Source: an uncultured Syntrophales bacterium
Lineage (GTDB): Bacteria > Desulfobacterota > Syntrophia > Syntrophales > JADFWA01
Reading direction: 5' to 3'
DNA length: 64,000 nucleotides
NCBI GenBank assembly: GCA_964454305.1
Contig: CAYVXX010000001.1
Span: 65,464 to 129,463, forward strand
Every line of letters starts with the position of its first letter. Positions within the stretch are counted from its first letter, which is position 1. Below the pieces are notes generated by a model. It was not told where the DNA came from and made no database searches. It was given only the letters and a program-made list of their open reading frames with translations. Positions 15,830-25,181 of the stretch are shown here, piece by piece. The position numbers were made by a program, and so were the translations under genes.

Positions 15830-17083
15830 ATGAAACAAATTGAAAATGTTTTAGAATTAAGCAATGCACCTGATTCAAAAGACTATGATAACGTCTTTTT
15901 TATTCAGGTGGACGAGAACAAGTGCCAACAATGCGGTGTATGCGAAACTCACTGCGCGACAGGGGCAATTCAACCAAGGGATGGAAAGGACGGCCCCCGG
16001 ACGGTGGTGGATCCCGCGGCATGCATGAACTGCGCTCAGTGTCTCATCAACTGTCCATACGGGGCAATTTATGAGGGTGTTTCATTTGTAGATGAGATTT
16101 TCAAGGCCCTTAAAGATCCGGATACGATCGTTGTCTCCATGCCCGCGCCTGCTGTTCGTTACGGCCTTGGCGAGCCGTTCGGCTATCCTACGGGGACCTA
16201 TGTGGGGGGGAAATTGTTTGCGGCGCTCCGAAAGCTTGGTTTCGATCGCATCTGGGACAACCAGATGACCGCCGATGTTACCATTATGGAAGAAGGAACC
16301 GAGCTTGTCGGCAGACTTACCGGCAAGATCAAGAAACCCCTTCCGCAATTTACCTCCTGCTGCCCAGGATGGATCAAATTTATGGAGACGTTTTATCCCG
16401 AGCTGTCTCCCCACCTGTCCACATGCAAGTCACCCATCGCTATGCTGGGACCTCTCTCAAAGACGTACGGCGCCGAGGTTTCAGAGACACCGGCAAAAAA
16501 TATGTATACGGTTTCCATTATGCCCTGCGTGGCCAAAAAGTATGAGGGGCTGAGGCCTGAGATGGCTGACAGCGGCTTCAGAGATATTGATGCCACCATA
16601 ACAACCCGGGAGCTTGCCTATATGATCAAGAAGGCCGGCATCGATTTTAAAAGCCTTCCCGACGAGAAACCGGATTTTGAACTGGGAGAATCCACAGGCG
16701 CCAGCACCATCTTCAGCAACAGCGGCGGCGTCATGGAGGCAGCCCTTCGTCTTGCCTACGAGGTCGTATCCGGTAAAAAACTAAAAGATCCTGATATTAA
16801 AGCTGTTCGAACCCATAAAGGCGTCAAAGCAGCCAAGATAAATATTCCCAAATTCGGTGATCTGAGTGTCTGTGTAGTAAGCGGACTTGGCAACACGATA
16901 CCCATTCTTGAGGATATCAAAAAAGGGAAGTGTAAATACCACTTTATCGAGGTTATGGCATGCACTGGCGGTTGTATCAATGGCGGCGGGCAGCCTCTTT
17001 TCCCCGATGCGCGCGAGGCCTCTTTGTTCAGAACAATAATTGCAACAATGAATAGAAGATTTAACATGAGAAGAGTGGCTTAA
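15830..17083 (+). CDS. hydA: Periplasmic [FeFe]-hydrogenase large subunit
   Basis: Two ferredoxin-type Cys clusters are present, along with H-cluster motifs TSCCPGW, MPCVAKKYE and ACTGGCINGGGQP. It is collinear with the Desulfovibrio-type HydA as I recall it. ATG 15830 has the RBS GGGAGG; GTG 15785 is less likely. Confidence 0.9.
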   Translation: MKQIENVLELSNAPDSKDYDNVFFIQVDENKCQQCGVCETHCATGAIQPRDGKDGPRTVVDPAACMNCAQCLINCPYGAIYEGVSFVDEIFKALKDPDTIVVSMPAPAVRYGLGEPFGYPTGTYVGGKLFAALRKLGFDRIWDNQMTADVTIMEEGTELVGRLTGKIKKPLPQFTSCCPGWIKFMETFYPELSPHLSTCKSPIAMLGPLSKTYGAEVSETPAKNMYTVSIMPCVAKKYEGLRPEMADSGFRDIDATITTRELAYMIKKAGIDFKSLPDEKPDFELGESTGASTIFSNSGGVMEAALRLAYEVVSGKKLKDPDIKAVRTHKGVKAAKINIPKFGDLSVCVVSGLGNTIPILEDIKKGKCKYHFIEVMACTGGCINGGGQPLFPDAREASLFRTIIATMNRRFNMRRVA

Positions 17084-17096
17084 CAGGAGGAGTGAC

Positions 17097-17426
17097 ATGA
17101 AAGATATTGCTAAAATGACGAGACGTCAATTCGTCAAAATTTCCGGAATTACTGTTGGGGCAGTATTGTATAGTTGGAATTTCGCTAAATTTACTTATGC
17201 GGCAGTAAAAGACTATCTTACTGAAAGGCAGACATCCGTCTATGTGCATGACACAAAAATGAAATTCAGGAAGTCCCAGGACAGTCCGGCGGTTCACAAG
17301 ATTTACAAGGATTTTCTTCATGAACCTTGTTCTCATATGTCGCACCGGCTCCTGCACACCCATTACATTGACCGTTCCGGCAGGGTAAAAAGGCTTAAGG
17401 AAGGTGGTCTCAAACTCAAAGTGTAA
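17097..17426 (+). CDS. hydB: [FeFe]-hydrogenase small subunit with twin-arginine signal
   Basis: MTRRQFVKISGITVGAV is a Tat motif, and the gene lies directly after hydA. Confidence 0.85.
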   Translation: MKDIAKMTRRQFVKISGITVGAVLYSWNFAKFTYAAVKDYLTERQTSVYVHDTKMKFRKSQDSPAVHKIYKDFLHEPCSHMSHRLLHTHYIDRSGRVKRLKEGGLKLKV

Positions 17427-17493
17427 AATATTTTAATCTGTAAGGCAGCCTGCGGTGAGGATTTCATCTGAACCCAAGGGCGGGGAGAAAATA

Positions 17494-17531
17494 AAAAACC
17501 CAGCCCTTTTAACTCAGGCTGGGTTTTTTAT
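17494..17531 (+). terminator. Intrinsic terminator after hydB
   Basis: AAAAACCCAGCC / GGCTGGGTTTTT stem followed by a T-run. Confidence 0.8.
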
Positions 17532-17543
17532 TTGGAAGGAAAA

Positions 17544-17801
17544 ATGGAAAAAAAACGGGTAGGTATTGTTGGAATTATTATTCATAACAGGAAGGATCGC
17601 GCCCCGAAGGTAAATGATATACTCACTCAATATGGTGATATCATTGTGGGAAGGATGGGCATTCCCTACCATGAACGGGGATATAATGTAATCACGCTTA
17701 TTGTAGATGGGACGACCAACGAGATAGGAGCGATGACGGGAAAGCTCGGTATGATTGAAGGGGTTACAGTCAAATCAGCGATGGCAAAAGAAAATGAATA
17801 A
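17544..17801 (+). CDS. TM1266-family putative iron-only hydrogenase system regulator
   Basis: KRVGIVGIIIHNRKDRAPKVNDILTQYGDIIVGRMGIPYHERGYNVITLIVDGTTNEIGAMTGKLGMIEGVTVKS matches the recalled family pattern, and the gene sits in a hyd maturation context. Confidence 0.7.
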   Translation: MEKKRVGIVGIIIHNRKDRAPKVNDILTQYGDIIVGRMGIPYHERGYNVITLIVDGTTNEIGAMTGKLGMIEGVTVKSAMAKENE

Positions 17802-19173
17802 CCTGCGTCTGGAACACGATTTTCTCGGGGAGATGAAGCTCCCGGGTGATGTTTACTGGGGCATACATACACAAAGGGCTCTTTGCAACTTCCAGATTAG
17901 CGGTTACATGGTAAATCCATCACTGACTAAGGCGATGGCGATGGTAAAAAAGGCATGCTGCATGACCAACTTTGAGTTGGAATACCTGCATGAGAAAAAG
18001 GCAAAGGCGATAATCGCCGCCTGTGATGAGATTGTTGATGGCAGGTTTTTGAACCAGTTTCCCCTGGATGCCCTCCAGGGCGGGGCGGGCACGTCAACAA
18101 ACATGAATGTAAATGAGGTTGTCGCCAACAGAGCAATAGAAATTCTGGGCGGAGAAAAGGGAGATTATTCTCTCGTCCATCCCCTCGAAGACGTAAATCT
18201 TCACCAGTCAACGAACGACACGTACCCGACAGCGATAAAGATAGCCTGCATAAACTCTTTGAGAAATCTTAGCCAAAAGATTACCGATCTGCAGGGTGCC
18301 TTTCAGGAAAAGGAAAAGGCCTTTGGAAAAACGATCAAGCTCGGAAGGACGGAACTTCAAGAGGCCGTTCCCATCACTCTGGGGGCGGAGTTTTCCGCAT
18401 TTGCCGAGGCCGTTTCCAGAGACAGATGGAGGACATTCAAGTGCGAAGAGAGGTTGCGGGTGATTAATCTAGGCGGAACAGCGGTAGGAACCGGGCTTAC
18501 CGCTCCACGTAACTATATCTTTCTGGTTATAGAAAAACTGCGGGATATTACCGGTCTGGGTCTCTCCCGGGGAAAAAACGTAATGGGGGAAACAGCCAAT
18601 GCCGATTCCTTCGTCGAGGTTTCCGGTATCCTGAAGGCACATGCTGCAAACCTGATAAAGATATGTAATGATTTGAGGTTGCTGAATCTTTTGGGTGAGA
18701 TAAAACTACCTGAGCTCCAGGCGGGCTCATCCATCATGCCCGGAAAGGTCAACCCTGTCATGTTGGAAGCGGCAATGCAGGCGGGGATAAAGGTAACTGC
18801 CAATGATCACGTAGTAACGGATGTAGTGAGCAGGGGAACGCTGCAGATAAACGAATTTCTTCCCCTCCTTGCCCACGCGATTTTAGAGTCTCTGGATATA
18901 CTTATAAACATAAATGATCTTTTAGCAGGACATGTAAAAAAAATAGGTGCTGACGAAGAAAAATGCAGGGAATACTTTGACAAAAGTCCTATGATTATCA
19001 CAGCGCTTTTACCGGTTATCGGTTATGAAAAGGCGACAGAGTTGATCAGCGAGTTTCTTCCAACCAATCAAAAAGATATGAGAAGGTTTCTGGAAAATAA
19101 ACTGGGGAAAGAATTGGTTAAAAAGACATTTTCTCCAGACAGAATAACAGCCCTCGGATATAGTAAATTATGA
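17794..19173 (+). CDS. Aspartate ammonia-lyase/class II fumarase family protein (hyd-cluster associated)
   Basis: LRLEHDFLGEMKLPGDVYWGIHTQRA...GAGTSTNMNVNEV...GSSIMPGKVNP is the signature sequence. Start at ATG 17794. Confidence 0.85.
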   Translation: MNNLRLEHDFLGEMKLPGDVYWGIHTQRALCNFQISGYMVNPSLTKAMAMVKKACCMTNFELEYLHEKKAKAIIAACDEIVDGRFLNQFPLDALQGGAGTSTNMNVNEVVANRAIEILGGEKGDYSLVHPLEDVNLHQSTNDTYPTAIKIACINSLRNLSQKITDLQGAFQEKEKAFGKTIKLGRTELQEAVPITLGAEFSAFAEAVSRDRWRTFKCEERLRVINLGGTAVGTGLTAPRNYIFLVIEKLRDITGLGLSRGKNVMGETANADSFVEVSGILKAHAANLIKICNDLRLLNLLGEIKLPELQAGSSIMPGKVNPVMLEAAMQAGIKVTANDHVVTDVVSRGTLQINEFLPLLAHAILESLDILININDLLAGHVKKIGADEEKCREYFDKSPMIITALLPVIGYEKATELISEFLPTNQKDMRRFLENKLGKELVKKTFSPDRITALGYSKL

Positions 19174-20453
19174 ATGAGACACCAAAAGGGAATAGATTGC
19201 AAATTGCCCTCTTCGGCAGGACAAATGTGGGAAAATCGAGCCTGCTCAATCTTATCATGGGACAGGATATAGCCATCACATCGCCCATCGCGGGAACAAC
19301 CACCGATATTGTGGAAAAGGCGATGGAGCTCCTCCCCCTGGGGCCGGTACTTTTTATCGATACGGGAGGCCTGGATGACGTATCCATCCTTTCAACCCTG
19401 AGACTGAAGAAGACTCATAACATCTTTGACAGGGCGGATGTCGTCCTGCTCGTTACGGAACCTGATATATGGACAGATTTTGAAGAGGAAGTACTGCGCG
19501 AAACAGAGAAGAGAAAAACTCCCACAGTCGTTGTGATAAACAAGATAGATATAAGAAACCCGGCACCTGAATTTGTAACACGGATTTCAGAAAAGACCGA
19601 ACGTATGGTTCTCGCATCCAGCGTAGATTGGGGGAAAAGAGATGACTATCTCGAGCCCCTGAAGAGGCACCTGATTGAAATCTGCCCGGATGATTTCATC
19701 CAGCCACCGCCGATAATCGGAGACCTTCTCACTCCGGGAGGACTGGCCGTTCTCGTCGTTCCCATAGACCTTGAGGCACCAAAGGGGAGACTCATACTGC
19801 CCCAGGTTCAGACGATAAGGGACGCGCTGGATAGCGACGCGGCGGCACTGATTGTCAAGGAAAGAGAACTATCCTATACATTGAGCACCTTAAACAGGCC
19901 ACCCGACATCGTCGTCTGCGATTCCCAGGTTGTCCTGAAGATGTGTGCTGACACGCCGAAAGATGTTTCAGCCACCACATTTTCTATCCTTTTTGCAAGA
20001 TACAAAGGGGACCTGGTAGAAGCGGCAAGGGGCGCCGCCTTCATAGAAAGCTTAAAACCAGGCGACAAGGTATTGATAGCGGAGGCATGTTCCCATCATC
20101 CTGTCCAAGACGATATTGGAAGAGTAAAGATACCAAGATGGCTGCGGCAGTATGTGGGAGCTGACCTGGATATTGATGTTTGCGCCGGAAGAGACTATCC
20201 GGAAAACCTGAGAGAATACTGCCTTATTATTCACTGCGGGGCATGCATGCTGACCAGAAGAGAGATGTTGGGCAGGATTCAAAAGGCGTGTGAGGCAAAC
20301 GTGCCAGTCACAAATTATGGAGTAGCCATCTCCCATCTCCAAGGGGTGTTGAAAAGAACACTGACTCCCTTCCCCGCGGCACTGGTTGCCTTTGACAAGA
20401 AAATGAAAGAAATCAAGGAGGATTTAAAAAATGAACGTAGGATCAACTCTTAA
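19170..20453 (+). CDS. hydF: [FeFe]-hydrogenase maturation GTPase HydF
   Basis: The GTPase P-loop is FGRTNVGKSSLLN. C-terminal Cys residues are present (CSHH...HCGAC). There is an ATGA overlap with the upstream gene. Confidence 0.85.
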   Translation: MNETPKGNRLQIALFGRTNVGKSSLLNLIMGQDIAITSPIAGTTTDIVEKAMELLPLGPVLFIDTGGLDDVSILSTLRLKKTHNIFDRADVVLLVTEPDIWTDFEEEVLRETEKRKTPTVVVINKIDIRNPAPEFVTRISEKTERMVLASSVDWGKRDDYLEPLKRHLIEICPDDFIQPPPIIGDLLTPGGLAVLVVPIDLEAPKGRLILPQVQTIRDALDSDAAALIVKERELSYTLSTLNRPPDIVVCDSQVVLKMCADTPKDVSATTFSILFARYKGDLVEAARGAAFIESLKPGDKVLIAEACSHHPVQDDIGRVKIPRWLRQYVGADLDIDVCAGRDYPENLREYCLIIHCGACMLTRREMLGRIQKACEANVPVTNYGVAISHLQGVLKRTLTPFPAALVAFDKKMKEIKEDLKNERRINS

Positions 20454-21924
20454 CAAATTAGAGTTAAACTGGGCAAAAAGTGTTATCGAAGAGGATGAAA
20501 TAACAAGGTACATGATCAACGGAAAAGACTTTATATCCGACGATAAAATATGGGGGGAAATTGCAAGTAATAAAAATCCCGAATCTCAAAAAGTAAGAGA
20601 GATCCTTCAAAAATCCCTTTCCATAGAAACACTCAGACCGGATGAAACCGCAGCGCTACTGAATGTGCAAGATGAAGAGTTATGGAATGAAATGTTTGAG
20701 GTGGCAGGTGAGGTGAAGAGAAAGGTTTATGATAACCGTATCGTAACATTTGCGCCTCTCTACTTTGGCAATCTTTGCGTTAACGATTGTCTCTACTGCG
20801 CTTTCAGGAAAGACAATCTAAAGGAAGTGAGAAATCGATTATCTCTGAATCAGATACGAGAGGAAACAAAGGCGATGATTTCCATGGGCCATAAGCGTCT
20901 TATGCTGGATTGTGGAGAACATCCCAGCATGGATGCCGATTACATTGCCGATGTGCTCCGTACTATCTACGAAACAAAAATTGGAAGGGGTGAAATAAGA
21001 AGAATTAATATAAATGTTGCCTCTATGAGCATTGAAAAGCTCAGGATGCTAAACGAAGTGGGCATAGGGACATATCAGGTATTTCAGGAGACATACCACC
21101 ATAAAACCTATAGGGATGTTCATCCCAACCCCGAAGGACCAAAATCAAATTATGGGTGGAGACTCTATTCTCTGCATAGGGCAATGGATGCAGGCATAGA
21201 TGATGTGGGCATAGGCGTGCTCTTCGGTCTGTATGACTGGAGATTCGAGGTTATGGGTTTGTTGTACCATGCCTTGAATTTAGAAGAGCAATTTGGGGTA
21301 GGGCCTCATACTATTTCAATTCCAAGACTACAGCCGGCAGAGAACACGCCCTTTATAAGCTCAACCGATTATAGGGTTTGTGATGATGACTTTAAAAAAC
21401 TGGTCACTATAATAAGGCTTTCAGTTCCATACACGGGTCTTATTCTAACGGCAAGGGAAAGCGCGCAGCTACGCCGTGAGGTTATCCCGCTGGGGGTTAC
21501 TCAAGCGGATGCAGGTACAAGAATCGGTATTGGTACCTATAGCGAGAGGTATGATAAGCAGGAGGCAAAAAGGCAGCAGTTTCTTCTGGGTGATCCAAGA
21601 AGCCTGGATGAGTTCATAAAAGAGCTTGCCGAGATGGGGTATATTACATCTTTCTGCACAGCGGGCTACAGATGCGGGAGGACTGGCGAACTTATTATGA
21701 AGCTCCTGAAATGCGGACAGGAGGGTCGTTTCTGCAAGCTCAACGCGGTGCTCACCTTCAGGGAATGGCTGGATGATTTTGCCAGTGAGGAGACAAAGAA
21801 GACGGGCGAAAAAGTAATAGAAAAAGAGATGGATGAAATCAAAGAACAAATGCCTTCTATATACCCGAAATTGATGGAATACTGCGAGAGGATTGAAAAT
21901 GGTGAAAGGGATCTCTATTTCTAA
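20431..21924 (+). CDS. hydG: [FeFe]-hydrogenase maturase HydG (radical SAM tyrosine lyase)
   Basis: The CVNDCLYCAF radical-SAM motif and a C-terminal Cys-rich domain (CTAGYRCGRTG). Confidence 0.85.
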   Translation: MNVGSTLNKLELNWAKSVIEEDEITRYMINGKDFISDDKIWGEIASNKNPESQKVREILQKSLSIETLRPDETAALLNVQDEELWNEMFEVAGEVKRKVYDNRIVTFAPLYFGNLCVNDCLYCAFRKDNLKEVRNRLSLNQIREETKAMISMGHKRLMLDCGEHPSMDADYIADVLRTIYETKIGRGEIRRININVASMSIEKLRMLNEVGIGTYQVFQETYHHKTYRDVHPNPEGPKSNYGWRLYSLHRAMDAGIDDVGIGVLFGLYDWRFEVMGLLYHALNLEEQFGVGPHTISIPRLQPAENTPFISSTDYRVCDDDFKKLVTIIRLSVPYTGLILTARESAQLRREVIPLGVTQADAGTRIGIGTYSERYDKQEAKRQQFLLGDPRSLDEFIKELAEMGYITSFCTAGYRCGRTGELIMKLLKCGQEGRFCKLNAVLTFREWLDDFASEETKKTGEKVIEKEMDEIKEQMPSIYPKLMEYCERIENGERDLYF

Positions 21925-22195
21925 GGAAACCCTGACAGAAAAATTTGCCTGCATAGCAGACCTTGTTAAGGAAAAATATGGTGTTAATATATGGTTTGCC
22001 AAGATATTAGGGGAAAGGTGGTCATATATTGCAGGACAGAGAGAAGTGGAAATTTCCCTTCTTCCCTCGGAGCGCACCCGGCTGAATAAACGATTCGGCA
22101 TTGTTTCGTATAGATGGGAGGAAATCCCCGCCAATGAAAGAGAAGCGCTTCTATCACCACTGAAAGAGCAAATAAAGATATATGAACAGGGATGA
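21893..22195 (+). CDS. Hypothetical 100-aa protein translationally coupled between hydG and hydE
   Basis: The ORF overlaps the hydG end by 32 nt and the hydE start by 14 nt, with ordinary amino-acid composition. No motif recognised. Confidence 0.45.
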   Translation: MKMVKGISISKETLTEKFACIADLVKEKYGVNIWFAKILGERWSYIAGQREVEISLLPSERTRLNKRFGIVSYRWEEIPANEREALLSPLKEQIKIYEQG

Positions 22196-23195
22196 AATCT
22201 TATACTATTTGAAAACCTCAGGCACAGATGAAGAACTGTTTCAGAAGGCTGATGAAGTAAGAAAAAAACATTGCGGTGATGAAGTACACATCCGGGGCAT
22301 CATCGAATTTTCCAGCTATTGCTGCCGTAACTGTCTTTATTGCGGACTTCGAAAAGACAACAACAATCTGAACAGATACCGAATGGATGAGGAAGAAATA
22401 ATAGGCCTTGCGCTACAGATCACGTCATTCGGCATCAAAACCATTGTCCTTCAATCGGGTGATGATTTTTATTTCACCCAATCCATGCTCTGCCGGATCA
22501 TAGAGCGCATAAAAGAACATGCTGATGTTGCAATTACCCTGAGTGTTGGGGAGAGACCATTTGAGGACTACAGGGCGTTTAAACTATCTGGAGCAGACCG
22601 CTACCTGCTCAAGCATGAAACAGCCAGTGAAGAGCTGTACAAAAAGTTTCACCCCTACCAGTACCTTAAACACAGGATACGCACTCTGGAATATTTACGG
22701 GAAACAGGATACCAGATTGGAACCGGAAACATTGTAGGACTTCCAGGTCAAAGCATAAATGATCTTTATGCGGATATCCTGCTGCTGAAGGAACTGGATA
22801 CGGATATGTTGTCCATCGGTCTTTTTATTCCTCAGCACGATACGCCTTTGTCACAGGTTCCGCAAGGAGATTTATCATTAGCGTTGAGAGTTCTTGCACT
22901 GGCACGAATCGTGACCAGAGACTCTCATATGCCCGTGACTACGGCAATTGCAACCGCCGATCCTGAAAGGGGGCTTTTCCGTGGATTAAAGACAGGAGTA
23001 AATGTCATTATGCCCGATTTCACGCCTGACCGTCACAGAAAAGATTACACAATCTACGACAACAAGGCACACATAACATTAGAAAAAGCTAAAGAAACAA
23101 TCCTGAAGGCAAAGAGGGTTATTTCATCTCACAAAGGTGATTCTCTCAAATACTCACCAATAAAATTTTCAAAGTCTGTAGGATCAAGAAAATAG
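22182..23195 (+). CDS. hydE: [FeFe]-hydrogenase maturase HydE (radical SAM)
   Basis: CCRNCLYCGLRKDN radical-SAM motif, BioB-like fold, 337 aa. Confidence 0.85.
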   Translation: MNRDEILYYLKTSGTDEELFQKADEVRKKHCGDEVHIRGIIEFSSYCCRNCLYCGLRKDNNNLNRYRMDEEEIIGLALQITSFGIKTIVLQSGDDFYFTQSMLCRIIERIKEHADVAITLSVGERPFEDYRAFKLSGADRYLLKHETASEELYKKFHPYQYLKHRIRTLEYLRETGYQIGTGNIVGLPGQSINDLYADILLLKELDTDMLSIGLFIPQHDTPLSQVPQGDLSLALRVLALARIVTRDSHMPVTTAIATADPERGLFRGLKTGVNVIMPDFTPDRHRKDYTIYDNKAHITLEKAKETILKAKRVISSHKGDSLKYSPIKFSKSVGSRK

Positions 23196-23215
23196 CAGTT
23201 AATCGTATTCAGCTT

Positions 23216-23348
23216 TTATCCAATATCTGATAATTCGAGCATGGTTACTTCTTTTTCCGATCTGATTCGTCCCCACAAATCCAGTTCGTAGCTGCCAGCA
23301 ATGTCAAGGGAACTATCTTTTGTCGTCGAGGTTTTTGCAACAGTCGCG
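23216..23348 (-). pseudogene. Fragment of an outer-membrane efflux (NodT/TolC-family) gene
   Basis: Own translation: ...SSLDIAGSYELDLWGRIRSEKE... then stop. The ELDLWGRIR motif is characteristic of OMF proteins. Only about 44 codons remain. Confidence 0.45.
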
Positions 23349-23365
23349 TTATGTCAGATCCGGGC

Positions 23366-23551
23366 TTAGTGTTTAATATAAGTAAGGCCAGCCTCATGGA
23401 AAAATGCATCCAGATTCTTAGTGTACTTGGTCAGAAACGGTTGGGTCAGAAATACCTTCCTGGCAGCACAGCTGAAGTTTCCTTTTTCAACAATAAGGAC
23501 AAGAGATTCCATCTGTTGAATAGTGATATTCTTGAATTGATCGTAACTCAT
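23366..23551 (-). pseudogene. Truncated duplicate of the LysR regulator 5' end
   Basis: MSYDQFKNITIQQMESLVLIVEKGNFSCAARKVFLTQP matches the first ~38 aa of the 10184..11104 protein, then diverges and stops. Confidence 0.8.
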
Positions 23552-23656
23552 AAATAACTTAACTATCATAAATTTCAGTTATAATTAGCTACGAACTATA
23601 ACTATTATGAATTTGACTTATTCCCTAAATTTAGGTAGTCGCATAAAACCATATTA

Positions 23657-23815
23657 AAAGGAGTTTGGCCATGTATGAATTTTTCGGCTTTACCTGAACC
23701 ACGATTCAAATTCTACCCGGGTTCGGTAGGCACGGGGCCAAACTGAAAAACCAATTCCCTTCCTTTTATTTCTAATCATCACTTTTCAAATCTTTTCAGT
23801 CTGGCTCATGCGCTT
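23657..23815 (+). promoter_or_regulatory. Structured leader, copy 2, with embedded sORF MYEFFGFT (23671-23697)
   Basis: The RBS AAGGAG lies 7 nt upstream of the ATG. Stems are AGTTTGGCC (23662-70)/GGCCAAACT (23736-44), GAATTT (23677-82)/AAATTC (23708-13) and CTACC-N7-GGTAG (23713-29). It precedes the intact dehydratase-like operon. Confidence 0.5.
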
Positions 23816-23889
23816 TCTTAATCGGATTCAGTCGCAAACAGAGTGATGTGCGAGTGCTTCTAAAATAAAAACTTACAGGAGGAAAGAGA

Positions 23890-25167
23890 ATGAGCGAAGA
23901 TTACAAAAGTATGTGGGAAAATTTAGGACTTGATCTTGCGGCGCACGATGCCCTGCTGGAGGTTCTTGGTAAAGGCTATCAGGATATTTATCTCGCCCAG
24001 AAGAACCGGCCGGAGGGAATGGGATATTTTGATTTCGTCATGAGCGAAGTTCACGGCCTGCGAATCAAAGAATTGATGGACGAAAAGGCGGCCGGCCGAA
24101 AGGTAATCGGATCCTTCTGCGTCTTTGTGCCCGAGGAGATCGTGCGGGCTGCCGATGCTACACTGGTTGGTCTTTGTACAGGAGCTGATTTTGCAATGGA
24201 AGAAGTGGAAAAACTTCTGCCCCGCAATACCTGCTCCCTCATCAAGTCGGCCTTCGGATTCAATCTGGCAAAAGTCTGTCCCTACATTGAGTGTGCGGAC
24301 ATGATTGTGGGAGAGAATACCTGCGATGGTAAGAAGAAGTCCTATGAGACACTGAATGCTCTCGTTTCTAATCTCTATGTTATGGATCTGCCACAGGTAA
24401 AATCCGCTGAAGGAAAAGCTCTTTTAAAAGCAGAATATCTCCGCTTCAAGAAGGCTGTTGAAAAACTTACGGGCATAACCATTGATGCGGATAAACTCAA
24501 GAAAGGTATTGAGATCGTCAACAACAAGCGGAAGGTTATTCACAGGCTTTCATGTCTGCGAAAAGCAAACCCGGCCCCAATCTCAGGACTGGACGCACTT
24601 TTGGCTAATCAGGTCTATTTCTATGATGACCCTGTACGTTTTACCGATTCGGTTAATAATATCTGCGACGAACTGGAAGCACGTATCGAGAAGAAGGAGG
24701 GGGTCGTTCCGGAATCAGCTCCAAGAATCTTAATATCCGGCTGCCCCATGGCCGTTCCCAACTGGAAGCTCCCCTGGATTATAGAGACTGCCGGTGCCGT
24801 TATTGTGGGGGAAGAGTCATGTGTGGGTGAGCGGGGCACGCGCAACCTGACCGATGACTCCGGAAATACTCTGGATAAACTTATGGAGGCCGTTGTTGAC
24901 CGCTATTTCAAGGTAGACTGCGCCATCTTCACACCAAATCCGGATCGTTTCGATCATATTGTTGAGATGGTTGAAAAATATCAGGCAGACGGCGTCATCC
25001 ATTACGGTCTGCAATTCTGCCAGCCCTATCTCATGGAAGCCATGCTTGTTGAAAAAGCCCTTGAAGCAAAGAATATTCCCACACTTAGGATTGATACGGA
25101 CTACAGCATGGAGGATGTGGGACAGCTCAAAACAAGAGTCGAGGCGTTTGTTGAAATGATAAGATAG
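23890..25167 (+). CDS. 2-hydroxyacyl-CoA-dehydratase/BCR-superfamily protein, single-subunit (double-cubane-cluster-protein-like)
   Basis: A 425-aa HGD-D-type protein with conserved Cys (FCVFVPEE, GLCTGADF, NTCSLIK, ENTCDGKKK). It is paired with only an activator ATPase, the architecture recalled for DCCP/DCCP-R. Confidence 0.7.
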   Translation: MSEDYKSMWENLGLDLAAHDALLEVLGKGYQDIYLAQKNRPEGMGYFDFVMSEVHGLRIKELMDEKAAGRKVIGSFCVFVPEEIVRAADATLVGLCTGADFAMEEVEKLLPRNTCSLIKSAFGFNLAKVCPYIECADMIVGENTCDGKKKSYETLNALVSNLYVMDLPQVKSAEGKALLKAEYLRFKKAVEKLTGITIDADKLKKGIEIVNNKRKVIHRLSCLRKANPAPISGLDALLANQVYFYDDPVRFTDSVNNICDELEARIEKKEGVVPESAPRILISGCPMAVPNWKLPWIIETAGAVIVGEESCVGERGTRNLTDDSGNTLDKLMEAVVDRYFKVDCAIFTPNPDRFDHIVEMVEKYQADGVIHYGLQFCQPYLMEAMLVEKALEAKNIPTLRIDTDYSMEDVGQLKTRVEAFVEMIR

Positions 25168-25181
25168 GAGAGGCGGCCTGA

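Noticed and set aside
21469-22134. 221-aa minus-strand ORF
   Set aside because: It is antisense to the hydG 3' end and the small coupled ORF. It has no motifs, and hydG is clearly real.
23796-23815. TGGCTCATGCGCTTTC (and its copy near 15133) as a sigma54 -24/-12 promoter
   Set aside because: The GG and GC elements are separated by 7 nt rather than the required 10, so it does not fit the TGGCAC-N5-TTGC consensus.
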